From an uncultured virus (IMG/VR IMGVR_UViG_3300002835_000043) (Duplodnaviria; Heunggongvirae; Uroviricota; Caudoviricetes), in the IMG/VR virus record IMGVR_UViG_3300002835_000043, positions 1-64,000 of that record: a DNA stretch of 64,000 nt. One strand, 5' to 3'. The translations under genes were made by a program, and so were the position numbers. Positions 44,496-55,327 of the stretch are shown piece after piece; position 1 is the first letter of the stretch; every line of letters begins with the position of its first letter. The notes beneath the pieces are model-generated. The model was given only the letters and a program-made list of their open reading frames with translations. It did not search any database and was not told the DNA's origin.

Positions 44496-45791
44496 TTAAT
44501 CGGGTTTACCAAATGCATTTTCCAAATCGTTTCTATCAAGTAGTCTTGTTTCTGCTATATCTAGAGTCAATGTAATTACAACTGGATTACCGTCTTTAAA
44601 GTGTGCATAAAATCCTTGTTGTGTATAATCTAATTGTACACTTTTTAAGAAACATTTTTGGAGACTTTTTGGTAGAACTTTAGATTCTTCTCCATTTATT
44701 CTAAAATAAAAGTCTACAGTACCTGGGAAAGTATATAAAATACCACCTAGATCTTGTGTTGGGTATGAGTGTTGTTTTAACATTTCTACTATTTTTAAGA
44801 ACTGATCTGCTTCTTCTTTGCTTGTTGGCTGGAATTCGATATTCCATTGCCAATTTCTTAAATTTGGACTTCTATAAAGAGTTTCTGTAGCGGGATTAAT
44901 TGTTTTCCTTGTTGCTAATTGAGCATTATTAGCAAGAAATTCAGCAACATTAGTAGAAGCTTTACCAATACCTGCTCTGGAATTAGGTGTTCCTGATAGT
45001 GGTCCAGTAATTAAATTTAAAAGACCGGATACTACACCTCCTATTGGTATTATCGGATTGTTTGAAAACCCATCAACATTGTGACTGTGTATATCGTTTA
45101 TTTGTTTTGGCAATGGTAAAAATATTGTTTTCTTTTTATTTGGTGAATCGGTATCACCTTCAGTATAAAAATTTTTATTTAATGATTCAATATTATTACT
45201 TGTAAATTCTTTTGTTTTATTAAAATTTTCAACAGCTTGTTTACCACCCTTTAAAAGACCTGTTGTTAATACTCCTAATTTATCAAGTGCAGTAGATTCA
45301 TTTGTTATTTTTTGTTCTGGTATTGCATCAATATAACCACCAATTTTTTCTATTCCAACTGTTGCAAATTCCGCACCCTTTCTGTTTAATTCTTGTGGCG
45401 AATTGCTTAAATTTGGATTTTCATTGCTTGATGGTGAATAGAGAACTATTACCATGCAATCTCTTAATTTGCTAGTATCACCACTAAATGATAATTGTTT
45501 TATGATATCTGAATCTACAGTTGGTAATTTTTGTTCTAGTGCTTTGGCTCTATTTTCAATAAAATTTAATGCTTCTTTATTTGATAGAGTTTTTTCTCTA
45601 CCGGCAGCATCCAAAGTATCTCCTATCAGAGATTCATAATTTGCTGGTACTGAGTTCAAATCTGGTATTGAAACTGGTGGATTAGGATCTGAAACTTCTT
45701 CAGGAGTCCAAGAACCTAGTTTTGAGTAGTTTGCTATGTTTTCTTTTTTAATTAACATTTTTTTAGATAAATAGGAAAGAATTCTGTTCAT
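44496..45791 (-). CDS. gp48: baseplate tail-tube cap gp48-like
   Basis: IFLPLP, NPATETLYRSPNLRNWQWNIEFQPTSKEEA; minus-strand TATAAATA at 45795-45802 suggests start at 45758. Confidence 0.75.
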   Translation of the reverse strand: MNRILSYLSKKMLIKKENIANYSKLGSWTPEEVSDPNPPVSIPDLNSVPANYESLIGDTLDAAGREKTLSNKEALNFIENRAKALEQKLPTVDSDIIKQLSFSGDTSKLRDCMVIVLYSPSSNENPNLSNSPQELNRKGAEFATVGIEKIGGYIDAIPEQKITNESTALDKLGVLTTGLLKGGKQAVENFNKTKEFTSNNIESLNKNFYTEGDTDSPNKKKTIFLPLPKQINDIHSHNVDGFSNNPIIPIGGVVSGLLNLITGPLSGTPNSRAGIGKASTNVAEFLANNAQLATRKTINPATETLYRSPNLRNWQWNIEFQPTSKEEADQFLKIVEMLKQHSYPTQDLGGILYTFPGTVDFYFRINGEESKVLPKSLQKCFLKSVQLDYTQQGFYAHFKDGNPVVITLTLDIAETRLLDRNDLENAFGKPD

Positions 45792-45801
45792 TTTTATTTA
45801 T

Positions 45802-46242
45802 ATGCCATACAAAGGTAAATATCACCCAGAAAACCCAGAAAAGTATGTTGGTAACTCAAACAACATCATTTATCGCTCTCTATTAGAGAGAAGATTTATG
45901 GTTTTTTGTGATAGAAACGATAATGTTTTGAAATGGTCATCAGAAGAACTTGCTATACCATATATTTCGCCCATAGATAACAGAGTTCATAGGTATTTTG
46001 TTGATTTTGTCATAGAAGTGCAAGAAAAAACAGGGGAAAAGAAGGTTTACCTTGTAGAAATCAAGCCATCTAGACAATGTATTCAACCTAAACAGTCAGA
46101 TAACAAGAAGCAAAGAACATTTATAAAAGAAAGTAAAACTTGGTTAATAAATAATTCTAAGTGGAATGCTGCTTCGGAATTTGCTAAAAAACAAAATTGG
46201 GAATTTAAAATAATAACAGAAAAAACACTAGGAACAAACTAA
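45802..46242 (+). CDS. gp4: head completion nuclease gp4-like
   Basis: YKGKY.P.NPEKY.G, YRSLLE, WSSEE, HRYFVDF, EIKP. Confidence 0.92.
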   Translation: MPYKGKYHPENPEKYVGNSNNIIYRSLLERRFMVFCDRNDNVLKWSSEELAIPYISPIDNRVHRYFVDFVIEVQEKTGEKKVYLVEIKPSRQCIQPKQSDNKKQRTFIKESKTWLINNSKWNAASEFAKKQNWEFKIITEKTLGTN

Positions 46243-47052
46243 ATGAGCACATTTGGACCATTTGGACCATTAAACGGCGCAAACAGCATAAAATCATTTC
46301 AGGGACTAACGGATAGAATCTCCGCAGGGTCATTTAAACCATATGACTCTGTTGGTTCTTTTTCCCCAGTTACTGGTGATTCAGCAACAGAACTTGCTAA
46401 CTTTTTGTTTACTTCTGGAATCTTATACAGAACCAATAGGTTTTTTGCAACAGTATTCCCACCAAGACTAACAAATAACACACTTTCAGCATTATCTGAT
46501 AGGAATGGATTAAGATTTGTTTGTGAAAATGCCAGTATACCAAATCAATCATTGTTTACATCAGATTATAAGTTGAACAATTTGCCAGTATTGAGATTAC
46601 CATACACCATAGATTACGGTAATGAATTGACTTTAAGTTTTAGAATGACAGACAATTATAAAGAAAGAAAGTTCTTTTTAAATTGGCAAGAATATATCTT
46701 CGATACGGTTAATGGAGTGGAATATTATAACAATTATACAGATTCGTCATTAATTGTTTTAACTCAACTGGATACACAAAATAATAAAGTGTACAATACA
46801 CAATTTATTGGTGCATATCCAACAAATATAGGTTCTATAGAATATTCGTGGGAACCAGATTCAAACTATGTAAAACAATCTGTATCATTCTCATATTATA
46901 GAATGGTTTCTGAAGGTGTGGTTTATGCTAAACCAACAGTTCGTTATGATCCAGATCCACCTCCATTATTAAACAGTACACCACCAGATGTACCTTATTA
47001 CTTAGAACAACCAACTGTTTCCAAACCACCAGACAATTTTGTAGAGATGTAA
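46243..47052 (+). CDS. tail tube initiator gp54-like
   Basis: NRFFA, CENASIP, ERKFFLNWQ, AYPTNIG tube-fold pattern. Confidence 0.65.
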   Translation: MSTFGPFGPLNGANSIKSFQGLTDRISAGSFKPYDSVGSFSPVTGDSATELANFLFTSGILYRTNRFFATVFPPRLTNNTLSALSDRNGLRFVCENASIPNQSLFTSDYKLNNLPVLRLPYTIDYGNELTLSFRMTDNYKERKFFLNWQEYIFDTVNGVEYYNNYTDSSLIVLTQLDTQNNKVYNTQFIGAYPTNIGSIEYSWEPDSNYVKQSVSFSYYRMVSEGVVYAKPTVRYDPDPPPLLNSTPPDVPYYLEQPTVSKPPDNFVEM

Positions 47053-47053
47053 A

Positions 47054-47794
47054 ATGTTTTTTACAAAGCACCCATATACAACACAATTAGATAAAAACGG
47101 CAACCAAATCACCGTAACAGATATAACTTCAACCATAAAGACATATGAAGTTTTTCGTAATACACAATATTCAATTCCATATTATGTAAGAGAAGGTGAC
47201 ACTGCAGAATCAATTGCTAAACAAATATACAATAAACAATCATATTCTTGGATAATTTTATTAGTAAACAATATGAAAGGGATTTATACTGATTGGCCAC
47301 TTTCATCTACAGCATTTGATGCTTATGTAAAAAATAAGTACGGTGGTCTTTCTTCAATTTTCTTTTACCTTGATAGTATCAATAATTACAATATTAAAAA
47401 AGGTGATGTAATTAGATCAACAACTAGTTCCAGTAAAACAGCAGAAGTGGTTGATTGGAATCCATCGTTGAGTAAATTAACTATAAGACAATTGAATGGC
47501 ACTTTTACAAAAAATGAATTTGTCAGATTTTTAGACACAACTCCAACAATTGCAAAAATTGGTAGAGTAAACCTGTATGAACAAGATTCTTTGCATCATT
47601 TTGAGGCAAATGGAATTTATCTAGATCCATTACTTGGTTATTTACAAGGATACATAAATGGTGTAAGTAATGAAGTGATAACCAACTATCAATATGAGAT
47701 GACAGAAAACGATAAAAAGCGTTATATTTACATTCCACTACCAGAGGTAGCAACAAGAATAGAACAAGAATATTCAAATTCTATGGCTGTTTAA
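47054..47794 (+). CDS. gp53: baseplate wedge gp53-like
   Basis: YYVREGDTAESIA..IY...WIILLVN...DWPLS; TNYQYE..END.KR. Confidence 0.88.
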   Translation: MFFTKHPYTTQLDKNGNQITVTDITSTIKTYEVFRNTQYSIPYYVREGDTAESIAKQIYNKQSYSWIILLVNNMKGIYTDWPLSSTAFDAYVKNKYGGLSSIFFYLDSINNYNIKKGDVIRSTTSSSKTAEVVDWNPSLSKLTIRQLNGTFTKNEFVRFLDTTPTIAKIGRVNLYEQDSLHHFEANGIYLDPLLGYLQGYINGVSNEVITNYQYEMTENDKKRYIYIPLPEVATRIEQEYSNSMAV

Positions 47795-47795
47795 T

Positions 47796-49316
47796 ATGAT
47801 TAATTTAGAAACACTAGGAAGTATAATAATAAAATCTGAAGATGTTTCTGTTGATGTTACAACAGTAGTCACTTCTATAAACTTATATCAAAGTCTATAT
47901 GATCCATTTGTAACTGGAGATATAACAATTGTTGATGTTCCTAGTAGCAGAGTAACTAAAGAATTTAGAGGCGGTATTGTTGGTAAGGGAGAAGAGGTTT
48001 TGTTTTCATTTTCAACAAAAACAAAACCAGTATCAAGAGATAAAAAATTAAAAGCAGAAAAATATTACATCTATAAGGTATCAATGATACCATTAGAATC
48101 TGCTGGTGAACAAGCAATATTTAAACAGGCAACAACATTTCATTTTTGTTCAAAAGGAATGTTTACTAATGAATTTAAAAAAGTAAGAAAAGCATATAAT
48201 AATAAAATTAGCAGTATTGTTTCTAGTATAGCAAAAAATTATCTTTCTATAGATGTATCGGTTGAAGAAGAAACAAATTCAAAACAAAAAGTTGTAATTC
48301 CAAATTTCTCTCCAATGAAAGCAATAATGTGGCTTACTAGTAGAGCATACAGTGGATCAACAGATAAACAAAATCATAACTTTATTTTTTATGAAGATAT
48401 AGATCATATCCACCATTTTACTAGTATTGGTAGATTGATGAAAAATGAACCAGTAATTGGCACAAAAGAAGATGATGGTATAACAATACGAATCATGCCA
48501 GATAATAATGTTGTTTCTGGTGAAATAACAAAAAGAACTTCATTTGAGGCATTACAGCATGTTGCTAAAGATTTTTCTCCTTTAAACAATGTAAAGGACG
48601 GAATGTATGCATCAACATGTTTAACATTTGATATAACCAGAAAAAAGTTTGCAAAAACAACCATGCGTTATGATGAATTATTTAAGAAACAGGATCACTT
48701 ATACGACAGACAACTTGTGGATAAAAACTTTTCAGATGATGCAAGTATAATTAATCAGGCGTATAAAAATCCTGAAACAGTAATAAAATACTATCCAAAG
48801 GCTACAAAATTATACGATAAAAATGAAAAGCCAGGAAATCCAGATAATCCAGCAAACAATGTAGAGAAGTGGTTGTTACAAAGAATTGCTTCTATGGAAG
48901 CAATGGATCAGTTTGGCGTTGATGTTGAAATAAAAGGAAATGTTGGTTTGAATCTTGGAGATGTTGTATTTTTTGGTAGACCACAAGTTGATAGTACTGG
49001 TTCAAAAGATAGAAGAGATCCATTTTTTGTTGGTAAGTTCCTAATAACAAAAATTAAACATTCTCTAGTCAATAGAGGAGATACACTAGGATTTGATTTG
49101 AAAACAACATTATCACTAAGAAGAGATTCTGAATATTCTGATTCAGCAGATACAGCAGCAGATCAATTAGATAATCTATTAAAAGGAACAACTACAGTTG
49201 AAGAATTGGGTGGTTTGGGTAAAGTTGAACAACTTTGTACGGACGCACAGTGCTATCCAAATTTAACTACGAGTGTAAGAAATACTTTTAATTTGCCTAG
49301 GAGTGTAGGACGATGA
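47796..49316 (+). CDS. baseplate hub protein (gp27-like)
   Basis: Between gp53 and gp5; LYQSLYDPFVTG, VIPNFSP, FIFYE, GKFLITKIKH. Confidence 0.65.
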   Translation: MINLETLGSIIIKSEDVSVDVTTVVTSINLYQSLYDPFVTGDITIVDVPSSRVTKEFRGGIVGKGEEVLFSFSTKTKPVSRDKKLKAEKYYIYKVSMIPLESAGEQAIFKQATTFHFCSKGMFTNEFKKVRKAYNNKISSIVSSIAKNYLSIDVSVEEETNSKQKVVIPNFSPMKAIMWLTSRAYSGSTDKQNHNFIFYEDIDHIHHFTSIGRLMKNEPVIGTKEDDGITIRIMPDNNVVSGEITKRTSFEALQHVAKDFSPLNNVKDGMYASTCLTFDITRKKFAKTTMRYDELFKKQDHLYDRQLVDKNFSDDASIINQAYKNPETVIKYYPKATKLYDKNEKPGNPDNPANNVEKWLLQRIASMEAMDQFGVDVEIKGNVGLNLGDVVFFGRPQVDSTGSKDRRDPFFVGKFLITKIKHSLVNRGDTLGFDLKTTLSLRRDSEYSDSADTAADQLDNLLKGTTTVEELGGLGKVEQLCTDAQCYPNLTTSVRNTFNLPRSVGR

Positions 49317-50698
49317 GTGGATTTTTAGGTAAAGATGGCTTTGCATGGTTCTTCGGCGTAGTTGAAGATAGAAAAGATCCATTAAAAATTGGAAGAGTTA
49401 AAGTACGAATACTGGGTTATCATGATGATGATAAAAATGTTCTACCTACAACAAAATTACCTTGGGCAACACCAATACAAGGAGTAACTTCTGCAGCAGT
49501 TAGTGGTAAGGGTTGGACTCCTCTTGGTCTTGTGGAAGGAACTTGGGTATTTGGGTTTTTTGCAGATCCCGGTTCATATCAAATACCAATGATTCTCGGA
49601 TCAATTGCAGGATTAAATTCCAAGAGTATCAATACACTTGGTGAATATTTTGGAAATGCATTTGCTGATCTAAGAACTGAATCAGAAAGAAGCAAAGCAC
49701 CAAATGATAGATTTGAAAAAAGAGAATATCCAAATGGCAAGGGTAAAGATGGTGATAAACATGGTGCTCAATTAGAAACTTCAAGTAAAAATTCATCATA
49801 CCCAAAATCAAATTATTCACCAACTGCAACCAATAATCCAGATGGAACACCAGACACAAATATATTAGGTATTAATGATAATGATAGATTAGATCAAACA
49901 TCTGTTGGTGTAAAAAATTCAGATAGAAATTCTGGAGGAACTAGAGATACAGCAGTTCCCGTTGCAGATGTAAATTTTGAACCATTTGAAACTGGAGTTA
50001 TAAACAATAGTGGAGCAAATAAAGGAACAAATAAATCATTAGCAACTGGTTATAATGGATTGAAATCTTCATCAAAACCGTCATTAAAACAAAATTATAA
50101 ACAATTCAAAGATCAACCAACAAATGCAAATGGTAAAACTGTATATTCTTCCGGTGCTGGTGGGGTAGGAGTTGATAATTTCTTACCAGTATCAATTTCT
50201 GCTGCTGCAGGTTGCTATAAGAGTAACATGGATAATATCAGAAATGGAACTCAACAGATTAAAAATGATGTAGAGCAAAAAGCAAGAACAACATTGAGCA
50301 CAACAGCATCTGGTGGTAGACAAACAACATCAACCGGATTTGTTAATAGATCTAGAGATTTTGGTTCATATGTACCAACAACAACAGGTTCAAGTACTTC
50401 ACCAAATGATGTACAAGATGCAAATAATAACAAACTTGGAGATCAAAAGCAAACCACTACGACACCAGTAGAACAAGTTGGTTCTAATGATCTTAGTGGT
50501 GGATTTGGAAATCAAACAAGCATAAACGGAATGGCTATAACCAGAGATAATTTTGGAAATATTCTCTTAAATGGTGTTAAAGTTCCAGTAGTAGATGCTA
50601 CCAAGAAGATAACAAATCAATCAGATGCAAATAATCCAGATAGAGATAATGAATGTGGTGATTGTGGTTGTAATGATTGTGATAAACTTAATAAATAA
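49313..50698 (+). CDS. gp5: gp5 N-terminal OB-fold protein without lysozyme domain
   Basis: WFFGVVEDRKDPLKIGRVKVR, LPWA, GTWVFGFFAD, PMILG; then low-complexity tail. Confidence 0.88.
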   Translation: MSGFLGKDGFAWFFGVVEDRKDPLKIGRVKVRILGYHDDDKNVLPTTKLPWATPIQGVTSAAVSGKGWTPLGLVEGTWVFGFFADPGSYQIPMILGSIAGLNSKSINTLGEYFGNAFADLRTESERSKAPNDRFEKREYPNGKGKDGDKHGAQLETSSKNSSYPKSNYSPTATNNPDGTPDTNILGINDNDRLDQTSVGVKNSDRNSGGTRDTAVPVADVNFEPFETGVINNSGANKGTNKSLATGYNGLKSSSKPSLKQNYKQFKDQPTNANGKTVYSSGAGGVGVDNFLPVSISAAAGCYKSNMDNIRNGTQQIKNDVEQKARTTLSTTASGGRQTTSTGFVNRSRDFGSYVPTTTGSSTSPNDVQDANNNKLGDQKQTTTTPVEQVGSNDLSGGFGNQTSINGMAITRDNFGNILLNGVKVPVVDATKKITNQSDANNPDRDNECGDCGCNDCDKLNK

Positions 50699-50714
50699 AT
50701 TAGAGAAATAAACA

Positions 50715-52736
50715 ATGTCAGTAACAGAAACACAAGGTAATTGGAACGAACCAGAGACACCATACGGTAAGGTAAAGGGAGAACCCGTAGAGGAGATGTA
50801 TCCTTATAATAAGGTGTATGAATCTGAATCTGGGCATGTTATAGAAGTTGATGATACTCCTGGTTCTGAAAGACTGAACATATTTCACCGTTCCGGTACT
50901 TTTGAAGAATTCCATCCAAATGGTGACAAAAATGTTAAGGTAGTTCGAGACAGATATACAAGTATTTTAAGAGATGATTATGTTCATATTGATGGCTTCT
51001 GTAATGTTACTATAGATAAAGCTTTAAAAATTGTAGTTAATGCCGAAAACACAGAGAGTACCCCCTCAAAGAATGTAAATTTTGATATTGAAGTTGGTGA
51101 AAATTCAAATGTCAATTTAATTCTAAAAAAGGGAAATTGCAACCTAAAACTAGAAAGTGGCGATGCAAATATTCTTTTACAAGATGGTGATATCAATCTA
51201 ACCCAAAAGGATGGCAACTTCAATCACAATGTAAATGGTGATTATAATTTAGAAGTAACAGGTCATATGCATGTGGTTGTTGGAAAAGATTTAGTGAATG
51301 AAATAGGAGGCAGTCGAGACACCAGAATAGATGGTAAATTTGATAATTTACATGTTACTGATGGTTATTCAGAAACTCTAATAGAAAATGGAGATAGAAG
51401 AGTAGAAGTTGGTCTGAATGATCATAAATTAGTTCATGGAGAATCACATCTAAAGGTTGAAAAGGGCAGAAGAGAATTTATAACAGAACATGATGAACTA
51501 TCCGTAGATGGTGATAAAAAAATAAAAGTAGCACCTGGTAACTTTGATATTTTTACAGATGGTAATATATCAGTTTCAACTAGTGGTACATTTGATGGTT
51601 CTTTCGGAAACGCATTAAGATTAACAACTGATTCATCTATGGATGTGGTTGTAGGTACATCTGGAAAAATTACAACTAGTGCGGGTATGGATATATTTTC
51701 TGCATCTCAATTAAAGATTAACAGCAATTCAACAGTAGATATATTAAGTAGCGGTGTTATGAAGTTATCATCTGGTGCTGTAATGGGGCTTAATGCTTCT
51801 GGTGCTTTACTACAAACAGGCAGTGTAATACATTTAAACGGTCCAAAAGCACCAAAAGCAACTGCAGCAACAAGAGCAAGAAGTGCACAATCTGCAACTT
51901 TACCAACAAACCAATTTCTTTATAAACCGGGTGAAATGGGTAAATGGAATAAAACAGAAAATGGAAAATCGCCAGCGTCAATTTTAAATGAATCTACTTC
52001 AAAATTGAATAACCAATTAAACACGCTGAATATATCAAAAGAACAATTAGGTCAATCTACAAATCAACTCAGTGGACTTAGAGAGCAATTAAATACCGCA
52101 GGAACAGATCCTAGTAAATTAAGTTCTGTTGCTAGTTCCACTGCATCATTAACAAATAATGTATCAGGAACTGCGGGAAATGTAAACGGTGTTCTTGGTG
52201 GAATGGGTGGAGTTGTTGATGATGTTTCTAATGTTTCAGGTTCATTAGTTCCGGGATCTGCTGATAGTTTAAGTAAATTTGGAAGTGGTGGTGATTTCTT
52301 GACAGGACTAAAAGAGGGTCTTGGTGGTGTTGTAGGATTTGTTGGTGATATTTTTAGCACCATAACAGATATTGCATGTGGTATCATTGACGCTATTGGC
52401 GGTGCTTTAGACTTTGTTGGGAAAATAGTGTCAGATGCTATTGGTGCAGTAATGGACGCTATAGGATCGGTTATGGACGCTATAGGAACGATTATAGACG
52501 CTGCAACAAAAGCAATAACAGAAGTATTATCGACAATAGCAGATGTAATTGGTCAAGTATTTGACGCTGCTGGTAACTTCATAGGTGGAATAGTTGATGG
52601 TATCGGTAGCGTAATAGACGCAATAGCAAGTATATTCAATGGTCTTGGTGGTAGACCAAGCAACTGTGGTATATCTCTTGCACTGTGTACGGAAGACTTC
52701 TCTATAGGTGTTGCTAACGCACCAGGAGGTGGTTAA
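50715..52736 (+). CDS. gp5 C-terminal beta-helix spike protein with extension
   Basis: YPYNKVYESESGHVIEVDDTPGSERL...HRSGTFEEFHPNG, VxG repeats, IHLN, then amphipathic Gly-rich repeats. Confidence 0.88.
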   Translation: MSVTETQGNWNEPETPYGKVKGEPVEEMYPYNKVYESESGHVIEVDDTPGSERLNIFHRSGTFEEFHPNGDKNVKVVRDRYTSILRDDYVHIDGFCNVTIDKALKIVVNAENTESTPSKNVNFDIEVGENSNVNLILKKGNCNLKLESGDANILLQDGDINLTQKDGNFNHNVNGDYNLEVTGHMHVVVGKDLVNEIGGSRDTRIDGKFDNLHVTDGYSETLIENGDRRVEVGLNDHKLVHGESHLKVEKGRREFITEHDELSVDGDKKIKVAPGNFDIFTDGNISVSTSGTFDGSFGNALRLTTDSSMDVVVGTSGKITTSAGMDIFSASQLKINSNSTVDILSSGVMKLSSGAVMGLNASGALLQTGSVIHLNGPKAPKATAATRARSAQSATLPTNQFLYKPGEMGKWNKTENGKSPASILNESTSKLNNQLNTLNISKEQLGQSTNQLSGLREQLNTAGTDPSKLSSVASSTASLTNNVSGTAGNVNGVLGGMGGVVDDVSNVSGSLVPGSADSLSKFGSGGDFLTGLKEGLGGVVGFVGDIFSTITDIACGIIDAIGGALDFVGKIVSDAIGAVMDAIGSVMDAIGTIIDAATKAITEVLSTIADVIGQVFDAAGNFIGGIVDGIGSVIDAIASIFNGLGGRPSNCGISLALCTEDFSIGVANAPGGG

Positions 52737-53023
52737 TGCCGGGTGCTGCTAGAAAATTCGTAGATAGAGTTGGTGGTGGGATAGCATTGGGTTCTAGTAA
52801 TGTTTTTGTTAATAATATTATGATAGCACAAAGAGGCGATAGGGTTACACCACATCCCCCCTGCTGTTGTGGTGTTGGTTGTGGCTGTCAAGAGCACTGT
52901 AGTGCTAGTTTAATAGTGGCTTCTCCAAATGTTTTTGCAAATAATAAAAATGCAGTAAGACAAGGAGATCCAGCAACTTGCTTACACCCAATATCCGGTT
53001 CATCAAATGTTTTTATAAATTAA
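52736..53023 (+). CDS. PAAR spike tip protein (gp5.4-like)
   Basis: MPGAAR, GSSNVFVN, RQGD..TCLH.I.GSSNVFIN. Confidence 0.9.
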   Translation: MPGAARKFVDRVGGGIALGSSNVFVNNIMIAQRGDRVTPHPPCCCGVGCGCQEHCSASLIVASPNVFANNKNAVRQGDPATCLHPISGSSNVFIN

Positions 53024-53047
53024 TAAAAAGAAATATACATATTTAAA

Positions 53048-53422
53048 ATGATAGCAAAAGACATAGATTTAAACTTTAATATAAATCCAATAACTGGGGA
53101 TTTAAATAAAAAAACCGATGGAGATGCTCTTAAGCAATCTCTAAGAACTCTTCTTTTGTTAAGTTTATATGAAAAACCATTTAATACGGATTTAAATGCA
53201 AATATTAGAGGATTTTTATTTGAAAATTACCTAATAGATGGAGACATTGAATTAAAAAATAATATCATGAGAATTATAAAAAAATATGAACCAAGAGTAT
53301 CTTTAAAAAGTGTATTAGTTGCTGCTACTCCTGATCAAAATTCAATAGATATTACAGTAGAATATTATTTTACGGGAAATAAAGAAGAAACTTTAAGTTT
53401 CTCAATAGAGAGAACAAGATAA
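53048..53422 (+). CDS. gp25: baseplate wedge gp25-like
   Basis: DIDLNF..NPITGD, EKPF, YEPRV. Confidence 0.9.
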   Translation: MIAKDIDLNFNINPITGDLNKKTDGDALKQSLRTLLLLSLYEKPFNTDLNANIRGFLFENYLIDGDIELKNNIMRIIKKYEPRVSLKSVLVAATPDQNSIDITVEYYFTGNKEETLSFSIERTR

Positions 53423-53423
53423 A

Positions 53424-55325
53424 ATGGAACAAAAAAGAGGCGATATTTCTAATTTAGATTTCGTATCAATCAAATCAAATTTGATTGACTTTTTAAACAA
53501 ACAATCAGAATTTTCTGGTTATTCGTTTGAAGGTTCTGCCTTTAATGTTCTCATGGATTTACTAGCATATAACACATATTATAATGCATTTTATAATAAT
53601 ATGGTTGTAAATGAAACATTTATTGATACAGCAGGAAAAAGATCATCTGTTGTTTCACTAGCAAAAAATTTAGGTTATGTTCCAAAATCAACAAAGGCAG
53701 CAACAGCAGTAATCAACATAAAATTGAGTCCAGAAAATTATACAAATGATATAATTACGAGAAATACTCAACTAACCGCAACAGACTCCAACAATAATAC
53801 CTTTACATTCGTAACAACAAAATCATATTCATTTGATCCAATAGAATTTGATGACACAACAGGCGAAACAACCAAATACGGAATAGTCGATGTTCCATTA
53901 ATTCAAGGTACATATACAACATTCACATCCATAATAGCAGATCCAAATCAAAAAATTTCGATACCATATGATGGTGTAGATCTCTCCACAATAAGAGCAT
54001 TTGTTTTGCAATCATTTACAAATCAAGAAGGTATCGAACAAGAATGGAAATTGGCTACAGATATAACAATGGTGAATAAAGATTCTAGAGTTTTCTTTAT
54101 TGAAGAATCTCCATCTGGAACATATGAAGCAACATTTGGTGATGGTGTATTTGGTAAGAAGTTAGAACAAGGAAATTTAGTAATCTTTGAATTTTTAGTT
54201 TCTTCCGGAAGTGCTGGAAATAATATAGGTTCTTCAGATTCAGTGAGTTTTTCATCGTTTAGTTTATCTGGATATGAAATAGAAACAGTTCAACCATCCA
54301 GTGGCGGTTCTGATAAAGAAGATATTGAAAGCATAAGAAGAAATGCTCTAAAAAACTATTCAAATGAAGAAAGAGCAGTTACTGCAAGTGATTACGAGAG
54401 TTTGATTCTTAAAAATTACAACAATATTGAATCTATTCGATGTTGGGGTGGTGAACAAAATAATCCACCACAATATGGAAAAGTTTTTGCCTCAATAAAA
54501 CCATATAATAGTTCCGTACTATCAATACAAGAAAAGAAGCAAATAGTAGATTCTATCCTAAGAAATAGATCTATGGCTGGTATTACTTTAGAAATTTTAG
54601 ATCCAGATATCCTGTACTTAAATCTTTTAGTTAATGCAAAATATGATCCAACATCAACAAGAGATTCTGAAACAAAAATCAAAGAAGTTATTAATACTAA
54701 GATAAGAGAATACGCTGTACAGAATTTTAAAGGATTTGATGATGATTATTATTCATCTGATTTAATTCCAGAACTATTAAAATTTCATCCAAGCATAGTT
54801 GGTGCTTCTACAAGCGTAACTATGGAAAAAAGAATATACCCAGAATTAACAAAGAAAATTACACATACAATTGATTTTGGAAATGAATTATATCACCCAA
54901 GAGCATGTTATGATGTTCCAGTTGTCGAAAGTTCATACTTTAAGATGTATGTAATACAAAATTCAGCATTAGTGGAAAAAATATGTTATTTTGATGATGA
55001 TGGTGATGGAAACATGAGAATTTATACAACAGATAATAAAAACAACAAAATTTACATAAACAATAAAGCAGGAAAAGTTGATTACAAAACTGGAATAATA
55101 ACACTAACAGATTTAACAGTTTCATCATTCGTTAACGCACAAAACTATATTTACTTCATTGCAACACCAAATGATGCAGATGTATTTACCGATTATGACA
55201 CGATATTATCTTTTGATACATCCATTAATAGAAATGTTTCAATAACCTTACTGCCAGTTTACAAAAACTCATTAAACAACGCATCTTATTCTACTAGAAA
55301 TAGTTCTAATTACACATCTGGTTAA
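53424..55325 (+). CDS. gp6: baseplate wedge gp6-like
   Basis: LDFVSIKSNL, FEGS, LAYNTYY, FGDGVFGK, RAVTASDY, WGGE. Confidence 0.93.
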   Translation: MEQKRGDISNLDFVSIKSNLIDFLNKQSEFSGYSFEGSAFNVLMDLLAYNTYYNAFYNNMVVNETFIDTAGKRSSVVSLAKNLGYVPKSTKAATAVINIKLSPENYTNDIITRNTQLTATDSNNNTFTFVTTKSYSFDPIEFDDTTGETTKYGIVDVPLIQGTYTTFTSIIADPNQKISIPYDGVDLSTIRAFVLQSFTNQEGIEQEWKLATDITMVNKDSRVFFIEESPSGTYEATFGDGVFGKKLEQGNLVIFEFLVSSGSAGNNIGSSDSVSFSSFSLSGYEIETVQPSSGGSDKEDIESIRRNALKNYSNEERAVTASDYESLILKNYNNIESIRCWGGEQNNPPQYGKVFASIKPYNSSVLSIQEKKQIVDSILRNRSMAGITLEILDPDILYLNLLVNAKYDPTSTRDSETKIKEVINTKIREYAVQNFKGFDDDYYSSDLIPELLKFHPSIVGASTSVTMEKRIYPELTKKITHTIDFGNELYHPRACYDVPVVESSYFKMYVIQNSALVEKICYFDDDGDGNMRIYTTDNKNNKIYINNKAGKVDYKTGIITLTDLTVSSFVNAQNYIYFIATPNDADVFTDYDTILSFDTSINRNVSITLLPVYKNSLNNASYSTRNSSNYTSG

Positions 55326-55327
55326 AC

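Noticed and set aside
45802..46242. TnsA transposase or homing endonuclease
   Set aside because: Sequence and position match T4 gp4 head completion protein, which shares the fold
50698..50715. Intron or readthrough joining the two gp5 parts
   Set aside because: Only 16 nt between ORFs, different frames, no intron structure
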